Shown here in pieces: positions 45,663 to 56,296 of a stretch of 64,000 bases of DNA. Positions within the stretch are counted from its first letter, which is position 1; each line of letters starts with the position of its first letter. The notes under the pieces are model-generated. The model saw nothing but the letters and a program-made list of their open reading frames with translations. It made no database searches and was not told the origin of the DNA. Made by a program: the position numbers and the translations under genes. Source of the stretch: an uncultured Acidobacteriota bacterium. GTDB taxonomy: Bacteria > Acidobacteriota > Terriglobia > Terriglobales > Acidobacteriaceae. Where the stretch lies: contig CAVSTL010000006.1 of the NCBI GenBank assembly GCA_963730805.1, positions 124,713 to 188,712 on the forward strand. Direction: 5' to 3'.

Positions 45663-45818
45663 TCAGGCCCGGGTATGATGGTCGGCCCAGGCCTGCTGGA
45701 GCATCGCCGCAGCCTTCGCCGCCGGAACGATTCGTGTCGCACTGTTCCAATTCTCGAATACTACCCAGGCCGCCAACGCGGCTGATACTCCCCCCAGATA
45801 CAAGGCAACACGCAACAT
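45663..45818 (-). CDS. Small (51 aa) single-TM protein
   Basis: GGAGG RBS upstream of ATG 45818; hydrophobic N-terminus then an amphipathic helix ending QAWADHHTRA. Confidence 0.7.
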   Translation of the reverse strand: MLRVALYLGGVSAALAAWVVFENWNSATRIVPAAKAAAMLQQAWADHHTRA

Positions 45819-46040
45819 GATGAGAAAACCTCCGATATAACTTTCACTGGGATGCCTTGATTCACCGGGCGAGTTGCAAGCGCGCAACAGTGCAAATCGC
45901 CGGCGGTGAAAAGCTAGTCGTTTGACATGCCAGTGTCCAGAACCTTAGCCTTCATGCTTAGCAAATCGCAACACTACCGTTGCCTGTGGTCGCGACCGCA
46001 TTCAAGCGGGCTCGCGTCGAATTTATGCTTGGTTTGAGAA

Positions 46041-47849
46041 TTGAATATGACGAAGCTTTCCATCGTTTTTTGCAGCGCAGTGTTGTTTGCCGTGGCTTCG
46101 TCTGCCTCGGCGGCTTCCATCGAAGTGCTTCTGCTCGACGGCCAGAGCGGCGGCCCGTATCACAATTGGAAACTGACCACACCGATTCTGAAGAAGGAAC
46201 TCGAAGAGACCGGCATGTTTACAGTCACGGTCCTCACCGCGCCGCCATCGGGTGGGGACTTCAGCAGCTTCCATCCAGACTTCGACAAGTACAAGGTGAT
46301 TGTGTCGAATCTCGACTCGCCTTCGTGGCCCGAAGATCTGCGGGGCCAACTGGAGCAATACATTCGCAACGGGGGCGGACTGGTTATCGTTCATGCCGCC
46401 GACAATGCGTTTCCTGACTGGCCCGGTTACAACGAGATGATCGGGATTGGCGGGTGGCGCGGGCGCACCGAGAAGGCCGGCCCGATGTGGTACTTCAAAG
46501 AAGGCAGGCTGGTTTCGGATCCCTCGCCGGGCAGCGCGGGATCGCACGGCATGCGCCGGCCATTCCAGGTCACCGCGCGCGAACCTGAGCATCCCATTCT
46601 AAAAGGCCTTCCACCGGTATGGATGCACGCGCCCGATGAACTCTACGCCACTTTACGCGGGCCCGGCAAAAACATGACGGTACTGGCCACGGCCCACTCC
46701 GACCCGCAGAACGCAGGCACGGGCCACGATGAGCCGATCCTGATGGCGCTGAACTTCGGGAAGGGAAGAGTTTTTCACACTGTGCTCGGCCACGATGCCA
46801 CTGCGCTGGGCTGCGTCGGGTTCGTCACCACGTTTCAGCGCGGCGCCGAGTGGGCGGCGACCGGAAAGGTCACGCAGAAAACTCCCGCCGCCTTTCCTAC
46901 TGAGGCGACCGTGAGTTATCGCGCCGACATCGTCGCCATGGACCCGATGATTGCTCGCGGCAGCGCGACCACCGCAACGGAAATGGGAGAACGGCCGGCT
47001 GTCACCGGTATTTCGCACCTCACGCTGTTCGCGGATGACTTTGCAAAGTCCCAGCAGTTTTACGCTGACTTGCTGGGCTGGGACCAGGTCCCGGGGGGTG
47101 CACCGGCGCGGGCGGGAGTTCGCTTCTACGCCAACCATGCGCAGTATGTGGAACTTGTGTCGCCGCCCATCCCAGGGCAACTCGATCGCCTCGACAGCGT
47201 GGCGTTCTCCACCGCTGATGCCGAAGCGATGCGCCGGTATCTGCGGGCTCACGAGGTTGCCGTTCCGCCCGCGCTCACAGTCGACGGCGAAGGCAACCGG
47301 AGTTTCGCGGTGAACGATCCCGAGGGCAACAAGGTCGTCTTCCAGCAGGACGGCGATCATCCTCCCGCCGAGCCTGCCACGGCCAGCCGCAGCCTCAGTT
47401 CGCATATCATGCATGCCGGTTACATGGTCCGCAACCGCGCCGCCCTTGACCACTTTTACAAAGACATTCTCGGATTTCATCTCTACTGGCAGGGCGGCGA
47501 CCCTGCGAATCGCGTGGACTGGGTGATGATGCAGGTGCCCGATGGTACCGACTGGATCGAGTACATGCTTTACCTTCCGGCACATCCCTCTCTGGCTCAA
47601 CTGGGCAGTGCGAATCATCTCGCGCCGGGTGTCGCCAGCGCCGCCGAACTCGAGCAGAAGCTGGGACAGCACGGCTGGAAGCCGCCCGACGGCCGCAAGG
47701 CGCAACTGCTTGGCGTCGACGGCAAGATTCAAATCGACCTGCTCGATCCTGACGGCACCCGCATCGAGTTCATGGAATACAAACCGGTGAAAGAGCCATG
47801 CTGTTCTGCCTACACCGGTCCCCAGCCCACGCCGCCTGCCGGCTGGTAA
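46041..47849 (+). CDS. Exported ThuA-like domain fused to tandem VOC/glyoxalase domains
   Basis: Signal peptide; GGGLVIVHAA, HPILKGLP, DELY, GRVFHTVLGHD (ThuA-like); GISHLTLF...DPEGNKVVF and HAGYMV...DPDGTRIEFME (VOC). Confidence 0.85.
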   Translation: MNMTKLSIVFCSAVLFAVASSASAASIEVLLLDGQSGGPYHNWKLTTPILKKELEETGMFTVTVLTAPPSGGDFSSFHPDFDKYKVIVSNLDSPSWPEDLRGQLEQYIRNGGGLVIVHAADNAFPDWPGYNEMIGIGGWRGRTEKAGPMWYFKEGRLVSDPSPGSAGSHGMRRPFQVTAREPEHPILKGLPPVWMHAPDELYATLRGPGKNMTVLATAHSDPQNAGTGHDEPILMALNFGKGRVFHTVLGHDATALGCVGFVTTFQRGAEWAATGKVTQKTPAAFPTEATVSYRADIVAMDPMIARGSATTATEMGERPAVTGISHLTLFADDFAKSQQFYADLLGWDQVPGGAPARAGVRFYANHAQYVELVSPPIPGQLDRLDSVAFSTADAEAMRRYLRAHEVAVPPALTVDGEGNRSFAVNDPEGNKVVFQQDGDHPPAEPATASRSLSSHIMHAGYMVRNRAALDHFYKDILGFHLYWQGGDPANRVDWVMMQVPDGTDWIEYMLYLPAHPSLAQLGSANHLAPGVASAAELEQKLGQHGWKPPDGRKAQLLGVDGKIQIDLLDPDGTRIEFMEYKPVKEPCCSAYTGPQPTPPAGW

Positions 47850-48098
47850 AACCAGCGAATTCAGATTCCTCGGCATGGCGCGCCGGCATGAGTTGACAAC
47901 CTATCGGGCGCTGGTGTCTCTTTGCGCGTGGCGATAGACGCGCCCCATCCCACGTTCTCAAAAATTGGCGGCCCAAGATCGCCCGTACGTATTGAATTCT
48001 TTTCCCGTCTGCCCATCGTTTGCATACCCTGAAGACTTTTGAGCCATTAACGCAACCCATCGGCGGCTGTGCCGTTGATTCATCTTTGGAGACCAGCA

Positions 48099-51000
48099 AT
48101 GACGATCTCGCGTCGCTCCCCCCGAGCCTGGTTGATCTCGCTCGCCCTGTTTGCCCTCTCGCTCAGTTCAACCTGCTTCGCGCAGGCCGACCCGCCGATT
48201 CCTTCGGGATCGATTCGCATCCACTACTTCCGCCCCGACGGCAACTACCTCGGATGGACGATCTACGCCTTCGGCGACACCACGGAACCGAACAATTTCG
48301 GGGCGGGCCCGGTTGCGGTTACAGGGACGGACAGCTTCGGCGCCTGGTTCGATGTCGGCGTTACGTCGGGCGCCGCGAATGTGGGGATTATCGTGCACAA
48401 GGGCAATACCAAGGACCCTGGTCCCAACGAATTCGCGGATCCCGCCACGCAGGGTAATGAATACTGGCAACTCTCGGGCAGCAACGTTCTTCAGACCACG
48501 CAGCCGCCCACCATCCAGGCGACCGATCCGCCCATCCCGGCGGGCAAGGCGCGCATTCACTACAACCGGCCTGACAACAACTACGGGGGATGGAGCCTTT
48601 ATCCCTTTTTGGCGACCACCGACCCCACCGGCAACTGGTGCAACACCGAGGACTATGTCTCGGGCTACGACACCTACGGGGCCTACTACGATGTCGGTGT
48701 CGATCCCAGCCTCAATGGCGGCCAGCTCGGCTTCATCCTCCACAGCTGCCAGCAGAACGTGAAGGATCCCGGCCCTGACATGCACCTGCAGGTCAACCAG
48801 TTCACGTCGGCCTGGGTTCTCTCCGGTTCGGCGACGGTGTTTAATTCGCAGCCGGTTACGGAATACGCCACTGATCCGCCTATTCCCGCCGGGCATGCGC
48901 GCATCCACTACTACCGACCCGATGGGAACTACGCGGGTTGGATACTCTATCCGTTCGGGGCAACCAGCGATCCCACGGGTGACTTCTGCAATACCGACGA
49001 CTATGTTGCCGGCTACGACAGCTACGGCGCTTTCTACGATGTTGGCATCACCACCGGCTCGCTGGGCTTCATCATTCACAACTGCTCCACTGGCGTAAAA
49101 GACCCCGGGCCCGACATGCATCTGCAAGTGCCAGACTCGCTCGAAGCGTGGATCGTGTCGGGCAATGCGACCGTCTTCCTCACGCAGCCCACGCCCGCCC
49201 AGTTACTCAGCGGCGTATTCGACCAACTGCAGGCTTATTGGATGGACTGCCACCACCATAGCCATCCAGCCGCAATATCTCCAATCCGGTTGGACTTATG
49301 CGTTCAACTACAGCCCCACCGCCGGTCTGCAACTTGGTCTCACCGGCATCACCGGCGGCATGTCGATCCCTCTCACGCCTTACTCCGGCTCGTTGACAGC
49401 CGATCAGCTGCTCCGCTATCCGCAGCTCGCGGGGTATGCACTGTTCAAACTCCCGTCGAATCTAGACCCGAGCGTAATTCCGCAGGCTGTGCAGAGTCAG
49501 CTTGCCGTCTCGGCAGTGGGTAGCGACGGCGCGCTCAAATACGCTACCGGTATGCAGATCTTCGGCGAGCTCGACGATCAGTTCTACTACCCCGGCCGCC
49601 TCGGCGTGCTGTTCCGGCGCGCCAACGATCCCACCTGGAATGACTTCCCTGACGACGCCGCGTTCCCGTTGAAGATCAAGTTGTGGGCGCCCACCGCGCA
49701 GAGTGCAAATCTTGTTCTCTTCAACAAGTCCACCGACACTGTGCCCGCCAAAACCGTGACCATGCATTCGCATCACGGCGTGTGGGTAGCCGACGGCGCT
49801 GTGGATTGGACGGGCAAATATTACCTGTTCAATGTGAACGTCTACGTGGCCTCGGCGCAGGCCATTGTGAATAACACCACCACCGATCCCTACTCCGTCG
49901 ATCTCGCGATCAACGGGAGCATGTCCCGGATCACGGATCTGAATGCCGAGTCGACCAAGCCTGACGACTGGGACGAGACCTCCTCGCCGCCGCTCGGCAG
50001 CATCAACGACATGAGCATCTACGAGCTGCACGTGCGCGACTTCAGCGTGGCCGATCCCACGGTTCCCGCCGCGCTCAAGGGCACCTACGACGCATTTGCG
50101 CTTCCTGACGGCAACGGGATGCGCCACCTGCGTTCGCTCGCGCAGTCGGGTCTGAAAGCCGTCCATATCCTACCCAGCTTCCACTTCGACGCTGTCGACG
50201 AAAACAAGGCAAACTGGCAATCGCCCGGCAATCTGTGGCAATTTCCGCGCGACGGCATTCAGCAACAGGCCGCAGTGGCCGCCGTCCAGAACAACGACCC
50301 ATACAACTGGGGCTACAATCCGCATCACTTCATGGCCCCGGAGGGCGCTTACGCCGTCAATCCCGACCGTCGCGTGCGCGAATACCGGCAAATGGTCGCG
50401 GGCCTGCATGGCGCGGGATTGCGCGTGATTCAGGATGTGGTCTTCAACCACACCAGCGCCAGCGGTAACACCTTCGCAGCCAATCTCGACATGCTGGTTC
50501 CCAACTACTACCACCGTCTCGATTCGAACGGGGTGCAGCTTACCGGCTCCTGCTGCGCCGACACGGCCAGCGAACATCGCATGTTCGAAAAGCTGATGAT
50601 CGATACCCTCGTGCTCAACGCGAAGCAATACAAAATCGACGGCTTCCGCTTCGATGAGATGAGCATGCACTTCACCTACAACATGGCCGACATTCGCTCC
50701 GCTCTCAACACTCTCACGCCTGAAGCGGACGGCATCGACGGCAGCAAGATCTACCTTTATGGCGAAGGCTTCCAGATCGGCGAAGCCGCCAATAACTCCA
50801 TCGGCCCCAACGCCAGCCAGATCAATCTCTACGGCTTCGGCATCGGCACATTCAATGACCGCATCCGCGACGGCGTGCGCGGCGGCGGCCCGTTCAGCGA
50901 TTCCCGCGACCAGGGGTTCGCAACAGGGCTTCTCACTGATCCGAGCGCCTACACTGCGGCAGGCACCTCGACTTCCGGGCAGCTTGCGACGCTGCTAGCC

Positions 51001-51876
51001 GAGTCCGACTGGATTCGCGTGGGACTCGCCGGCAACCTGCGCGACTACACACTGATCGATGCGCAAGGGCAGGCGGTCACAGGCTCGCAAATCATCTACG
51101 GCGGACAGCCCGCGGGCTATACGGCCAGCCCGCAGGAAGACGTCAACTACAATTCCGTGCACGACAACCAGACGCTGTTCGACGCGGTGCAGATCAAGTC
51201 CTCGCTGGCCGACGACATTGCCACGCGCACACGCCGCCAGGTGCTCGCCATGAGCGTAATCGCATTAGGGGAGGGCGTTCCATTCTTCCAGGCCGGCGAC
51301 GATCTGCTCCGCTCCAAGGACATGGACAACAACAGCTACGACTCGGGCGACTGGTTCAACAAGATCGACTTCAGCTACCAGACCGCCAACTGGGGCATCG
51401 GGCTTCCCATCGCGAGTCAGAACCAGTCGCAGTGGCCGATCATGCAGCCTCTGCTGGCCAACCCCGCTCTCGATCCCACGCCGCAAAATATCTCTGCGTC
51501 CACCAAGGCGTTCCAGGAGTTCATGGCGATCCGTTACAGCTCCGGCCTGTTCCGTATGTCGACCTTCAACGAGGTGCAGAACAACCTCAGCTTCCTCAAC
51601 ACCGGCCCCAACCAGACGCCGGGGCTGATCGTGATGCGCCTCGATGATCACGGGACGGATTACGGCCGGTACCACCACATCGTTGTGTTCTTCAATGGAG
51701 GAAACACTCAGGTTACGTTCACCGATCCATCCCTGGCCGGGATGTCTCTTCATTTGCATCCCGTTCAGAATGCGTCATCCGATTCCACCGTAAAGCAGGC
51801 GAAGTTCAAATCGCAGCAGGGAACCGCGACCATTCCGGCGCTCACGACTGCCGTCTTTGTCAGCGACAGGGAATGA
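48099..51876 (+). CDS. pulA: Pullulanase-type alpha-1,6-glucosidase (GH13) with three N-terminal CBM41/PUD-like domains; apparent one-base insertion at about 49248-49251
   Basis: Signal peptide; three IHY.RPD.NY.GW repeats; KLWAPTA, IYELHVRDFS, YNWGYNP, DVVFNH, DGFRFD, YGEG, VHDN, DLLRSKDMDNNSYDSGDWFN. Confidence 0.9.
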
Positions 51877-51893
51877 CACCAAACCGCAAAAGC

Positions 51894-51936
51894 TCCGTGC
51901 CCCATCCTTGCGCTTTTGTTCTGGCGCAAGGATGGG
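51894..51936. repeat. REP-like palindrome (CCCATCCTT...AAGGATGGG type) between convergent genes
   Basis: Perfect 13-bp stem CCCATCCTTGCGC / GCGCAAGGATGGG with a 10-nt loop, preceded by TCCGTGC. Confidence 0.8.
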
Positions 51937-52003
51937 ATACCGCGGAACCGATATTTTTCATGGAGCGAGGCGGCGCCGGATTGGCCTCATTGGCCGCGAT
52001 TTT

Positions 52004-54598
52004 TCACAGCCCCGCGTAAATCTGGAACGGCGCCCAGTAGAACGGCTGCTTGAACTTGCCTTCCCCATGCAGCAGCGCAAGCTTCGCCTCTCGAAGCGCA
52101 ACGCTGGGGCTCTTTCCCTCGGCGAGGCCCGCGTACATCTTGTCCATCAGGGGCGGAGTTGAATCGTCGCTGGCTTCCCACAGCGCGCCGATTACGTTAT
52201 GCGCTCCGGCGTGCAGGAATGCCCACGATAGACCCACCAGGCCTTCGCCCGCATACGACCGCGTTCCGCCGCCGTAGCAAGCCGAGATGGTCACGAGTCG
52301 CGCATCGATGGGATGTTGAATGATCTCCCGCGCGTGCAGCTTGAACGAATCCTCCGCCGCTCCGGTGCGCGAAAGAATGATCGCCGAGTCCAGCGGATCG
52401 GTGCGGCTTGCCACGCCATGCGCGACGAAGTGAATGTACGCGTAATCGCGGAGCGGACTCTTGAGATATGCACCCGAATTCGCATCCTTGCGCGCGAAGA
52501 TAGTCTCGTCCGCCGGAGCGAAATGCTTTTCGATCTTCTGCATCTCCGCGGAAGCCATAGGCAGTTCGGGGTAATCGGGGTTCGGCGAAACGGCGTCGCC
52601 CATCAGCAGCAGCCTCCGATTACTCCCGCTCGAAGGCTTGGCGGCCGCCAGCATGTAGAGGGACGGCGCCGACACCACGTTGGCATCTTCGATCCAGTAG
52701 TGCGGAGCGGTGCCGGGCACAATAAGCGTTTCGAAATTCAGCAGGCTAAGTGGCCCGTCGCTGACCACGATCACGTTGCCGTTTGCGGCGATGAGATCGG
52801 CTGCTGGCGCCACCAGCATGCGATAGAGAGCCTCTCCATCGGCGTTGGCCGCGTCCCGTCCCAGACCCGGCCGCAGCAGAGCCTTGCGGTAGCGCTCGAT
52901 CAACGGCGTGAGCTCACGCTGCGCGGGGAGCGTAAACTGCGAAGTCTTCTTTGGCGTGATCGCCCACAGATACGATTGCTTGTCGCCCAGCCAATAGAAC
53001 AGAACGGTGGCCCCGGTCTTGCGGGCAACCTCACCGGCCCGGAACGCTGCCTGCCTCACCGCCGGTTTGTTCGCCTTCACGTCGAGTCCCTGCACCAGCG
53101 TCATCGCGCGGCTCTGATCCGCAGCCGCCAGCGCTTCGTCGGACCTGCCCTGCATCACCAGGAAATGAATGTAGTCGTCGTAGATCGGAGTAGCGTTCGT
53201 GAGGAACGGAAGCTTGGAGCTTTCGTCTTTCAGATCCTCGCGAGCAGCTTCGAAGGTGGTGAGAGCTGTCCGGTACATGTTCTCCGCGGCGACGCCATTG
53301 CCTTGCGTCTCGTAGAGTCTAGCCAACTCGTGCTGCGCTCCCAGGCGCATCGAGGTCTGACTGGCCCGGTTGCGCTCGACGGCGCGGAACATCAATTCCG
53401 CCTGTTCGTCCTGTCGCCGCGCCACTGCGATCTCGCCCTGCGCCAATAAGACGTCCAATTCGTCCAGAGGCTTGCCGCTGACCATCGTAGTCAACTGGTC
53501 GAGATAAGTTCCCGCTTCCTCGAGCTTGCCGCTCATGATATCGGTGTGCGCCAGATCCTCCAGGGCATTGATGATGTCTTGTTGGCTTTTGATCGCTTTC
53601 GCCAACTCAAGAGATCGTTGATAGACCTGGGCAGCGCGTTGCGGATCTCCCATATCCTGGTAGATCAGTCCGGCATTGGCCAGCCACTTGATTTCGTTGC
53701 GGAGACTTCCCAACTTGGTAGCAGCTCGTTCCGCCTCAAGAAACAACTCCAGCGCCTTATCGTTGTCGCCCAGACCGTAGTAGGCAAAACCAAGATTACC
53801 CATTGCGTTTTCGGCCAAATCCTCCCACGCAGATTCCTTCGCAATCCGGTAGGCGGCGTTCGACCAATCAACTGCTTCGTCGTACCTCTCCCCCCGAAGT
53901 GCCGCGACCCCTAAATTAAGCAGCGCCGACGTCTCCGACCGTTTGTGTTGATGGGTCCTGGCAAGGGAAAGACCTTCGAGGAGGACTGGGCGGGATTCGG
54001 CGACTTGTCCGCGCTCGATGGCAAGTACACCGCGAATAATCGGCACATCGCCACAAGCTGCATAAATTGGGGGCTCGCAGAGATGTTGCGCATCTATTAA
54101 CTTCCGGTCCGCTTCTGGGAAGCGAGACATGTACATGTTCGCCATGCCTTCAAGGGTCAGACTCTCAATTCCTGCGTCCCGGTTGGTGAAGATCGATGAC
54201 CCCACAGCCAGCGCGCGAAGGGCGTCTTCATTCATGCCGCGCCAGATCAAGGCGCGTGCCGCGAGAAGCTGGAATCGAGCCGCATTTTCCGGCTCGGTTT
54301 TCAGGAATTGCTGGTAGCCCTGCTCCGCTTCCTCCTGTGTCCTAGTCAGGTCGCCGTGCAGAAAAAGCTGATGAGCGTGCTCGTATGCTGCCTGGGCACT
54401 GCGGGGACGTGTGTCCAACACCGGAACCAGCAGTAGCAGTACAATCGCCCACGCGAGTTGGACTCGCCCTCGAAAAATGTTGCGCCACAAATGATCGAAG
54501 TTAGACGAAGTCCGCGTATTCCGCGGATTATGGCGTCCAAGTGATCTAACGATCGGCGTGGAGGGCGCACCCATGACTAGCCTTCCAATGTAAGACAA
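52004..54598 (-). CDS. TPR-CHAT (caspase-like clan CD) protease with N-terminal hydrophobic segment
   Basis: AWAIVLLLLVPVL TM/signal; TPR array; DGPLSLLNFETL, HFVAHG (His), VTISAC (Cys), GLSWAFLHAGAHNVIGALW, PFYWAPF. Confidence 0.93.
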   Translation of the reverse strand: MSYIGRLVMGAPSTPIVRSLGRHNPRNTRTSSNFDHLWRNIFRGRVQLAWAIVLLLLVPVLDTRPRSAQAAYEHAHQLFLHGDLTRTQEEAEQGYQQFLKTEPENAARFQLLAARALIWRGMNEDALRALAVGSSIFTNRDAGIESLTLEGMANMYMSRFPEADRKLIDAQHLCEPPIYAACGDVPIIRGVLAIERGQVAESRPVLLEGLSLARTHQHKRSETSALLNLGVAALRGERYDEAVDWSNAAYRIAKESAWEDLAENAMGNLGFAYYGLGDNDKALELFLEAERAATKLGSLRNEIKWLANAGLIYQDMGDPQRAAQVYQRSLELAKAIKSQQDIINALEDLAHTDIMSGKLEEAGTYLDQLTTMVSGKPLDELDVLLAQGEIAVARRQDEQAELMFRAVERNRASQTSMRLGAQHELARLYETQGNGVAAENMYRTALTTFEAAREDLKDESSKLPFLTNATPIYDDYIHFLVMQGRSDEALAAADQSRAMTLVQGLDVKANKPAVRQAAFRAGEVARKTGATVLFYWLGDKQSYLWAITPKKTSQFTLPAQRELTPLIERYRKALLRPGLGRDAANADGEALYRMLVAPAADLIAANGNVIVVSDGPLSLLNFETLIVPGTAPHYWIEDANVVSAPSLYMLAAAKPSSGSNRRLLLMGDAVSPNPDYPELPMASAEMQKIEKHFAPADETIFARKDANSGAYLKSPLRDYAYIHFVAHGVASRTDPLDSAIILSRTGAAEDSFKLHAREIIQHPIDARLVTISACYGGGTRSYAGEGLVGLSWAFLHAGAHNVIGALWEASDDSTPPLMDKMYAGLAEGKSPSVALREAKLALLHGEGKFKQPFYWAPFQIYAGL

Positions 54599-54628
54599 TA
54601 TAGGTCTTTGAGAAACCCCGGAGAATAG

Positions 54629-55513
54629 CTATCCTCCGCCCGGCGGTGTCGTGCTGCCGTTGTTCTTCCCGCTCACACACATCACCGTCCCGCTGGCGAT
54701 ACACCCCATGTTGACCTCAATCATGTTCAGCTCGATGAGCGTCGTCTTGGGAATGCCCTCTTCGTGATCCGAGTGGTAAATCCGGACCACCCCCAGGTGC
54801 ACCTGGCCAAAATCAGGAATATCGAACACGTTCCCGATGGGCTGCCAGGGAGCTGAAGTCTTGATCGATTTGACCAGGGAATACACAGTGGACTCCGTAC
54901 CGTCCTCTGTGACCGGGTCCGATCCATAGCGCTCCTGGAGATCCGCGGAGATGTTGCTGCCGCCTTCGCGGAAAATCTTAAACCGATCGGCGAGACGCTT
55001 CAGAAATGCGTCATTTTTCGTGAAAGGAATCTTGCAGGAATGCTTATCCGGGTCCAGGAGGTCCAGATCCAGTTCCACCTCAACCGGGTATCCGCCGAGG
55101 CGCAGGTTATAGAACTGCGATCCCAGGAAGGTAACCCTGGGTACGTGCCCTTCTTCCTCATAAAGAGGGTGCTCGGTCGAGATCTGCGCCACTACCCGAT
55201 CCGCGGTCACCACGTTCAGGATGTTCAGGTTCTCCACGACCGCCGTAGAAAGCGACTTGAAGCCGCGGCCGGGCTTTTTCTCCTGGTCCTCCAGGTGGCC
55301 CGCCGCCTGCGTGTGCGCTGCGCCGTAAGACACGATTCCTTCGACGCGGAATGGCTTCGCCTGCTGGGACTCGTATCCCCCTTCCGGCTTTACTTGAGCA
55401 TGGGCCTGGCGCTCAATCTTTGAGGGGTAGGGCAGCTTCAGTTCTCCATGCACCGCCGAGGCTTCCGCATGGTATCTGTGGTTCCTGATCGTCTTGCCGT
55501 TTTCTTCGGCCAT
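54629..55513 (-). CDS. Hypothetical protein of unknown function, beta-rich, no signal peptide
   Basis: 294-aa ORF placed 40 bp after the anti-sigma and 30 bp before the CHAT ORF on the same strand. Confidence 0.8.
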   Translation of the reverse strand: MAEENGKTIRNHRYHAEASAVHGELKLPYPSKIERQAHAQVKPEGGYESQQAKPFRVEGIVSYGAAHTQAAGHLEDQEKKPGRGFKSLSTAVVENLNILNVVTADRVVAQISTEHPLYEEEGHVPRVTFLGSQFYNLRLGGYPVEVELDLDLLDPDKHSCKIPFTKNDAFLKRLADRFKIFREGGSNISADLQERYGSDPVTEDGTESTVYSLVKSIKTSAPWQPIGNVFDIPDFGQVHLGVVRIYHSDHEEGIPKTTLIELNMIEVNMGCIASGTVMCVSGKNNGSTTPPGGG

Positions 55514-55553
55514 TATCTATCTCAACTCGCTTTCAGAAGCTCGTCGCGAGCTT

Positions 55554-56238
55554 CTACTCATTGAAGTGAACATCAAGAGTGCGCCGGCCGAGATCGGTTC
55601 GCGCGCCCTGGGGAGAAATGCCGGCTATGTTCAGGGTGTAGGAGCCTTCCTGCAGCCCTGTTCCCGGAATCGTCAATGAGAGTGTCCCGCTCTGCGGCGC
55701 GGTGACGGTCCTTGTCCAGAATCGCTTGCCCTGCGGATCATTCAAAGCAAATTCGTAGGACGAGTAGTTCGGTTGTTGAGGAAGTTCGATCAGGACATTT
55801 GCGCCCTGTTTGCGGTCCGCTTGCACCACCGTCGGCTCAGACCCGCGCGTATCAGCATGCAGCGAACTCGGGGCAATTATACTTGGCTCTTCGGCCGCCG
55901 AGCGTAACGACGGGATGGTGGAGAAATTCTGGAAGGCAATCACGGCCAGGAGCGCCGCAAAGGCGGGCGCGGCCAGGGCCGGCATAGCGAACACACTCCA
56001 CCAGGGCTTCTTCTCTTTGGCCGGAACCGGACGTGCAGGCGCCTGCACTGCCGCCCTGGCTTTCAATTCCGGAAGCTGGACCTTCGCCTCGCTCAAGAAA
56101 ACATTTCCAGCGCGAACGTCCAAAGCGCACTCCGTGCACTCAAACATATGCTCCTCAAAGGCTTCCTTCAGCTCGGGGGACAGTTCATCGAGTAGATAGC
56201 GTTCCGTTGCCATCTCTTGTACTGCTTCGTCATGATTC
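55554..56238 (-). CDS. Zinc-finger (ZAS/zf-HC2) anti-sigma factor with TM and extracytoplasmic domain
   Basis: FEEHMFECTEC (HxxxCxxC); TM PAFAALLAVIAF; beta-rich C-terminal domain. Confidence 0.9.
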
Positions 56239-56296
56239 ATCGTCTTACCCCGCTTTCCCGACACTGAAAGATGGTGCGGAGGCCCGCTCAAACGTT

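Noticed and set aside
24180-49260. Programmed ribosomal frameshifting at the gene breaks
   Set aside because: No slippery heptamer, shifty stop or evident stimulatory structure at any site.
54629-54640. C-terminal GGG as a ubiquitin-like conjugation handle
   Set aside because: No E1/E2/JAB genes nearby and no beta-grasp pattern; likely a flexible tail.
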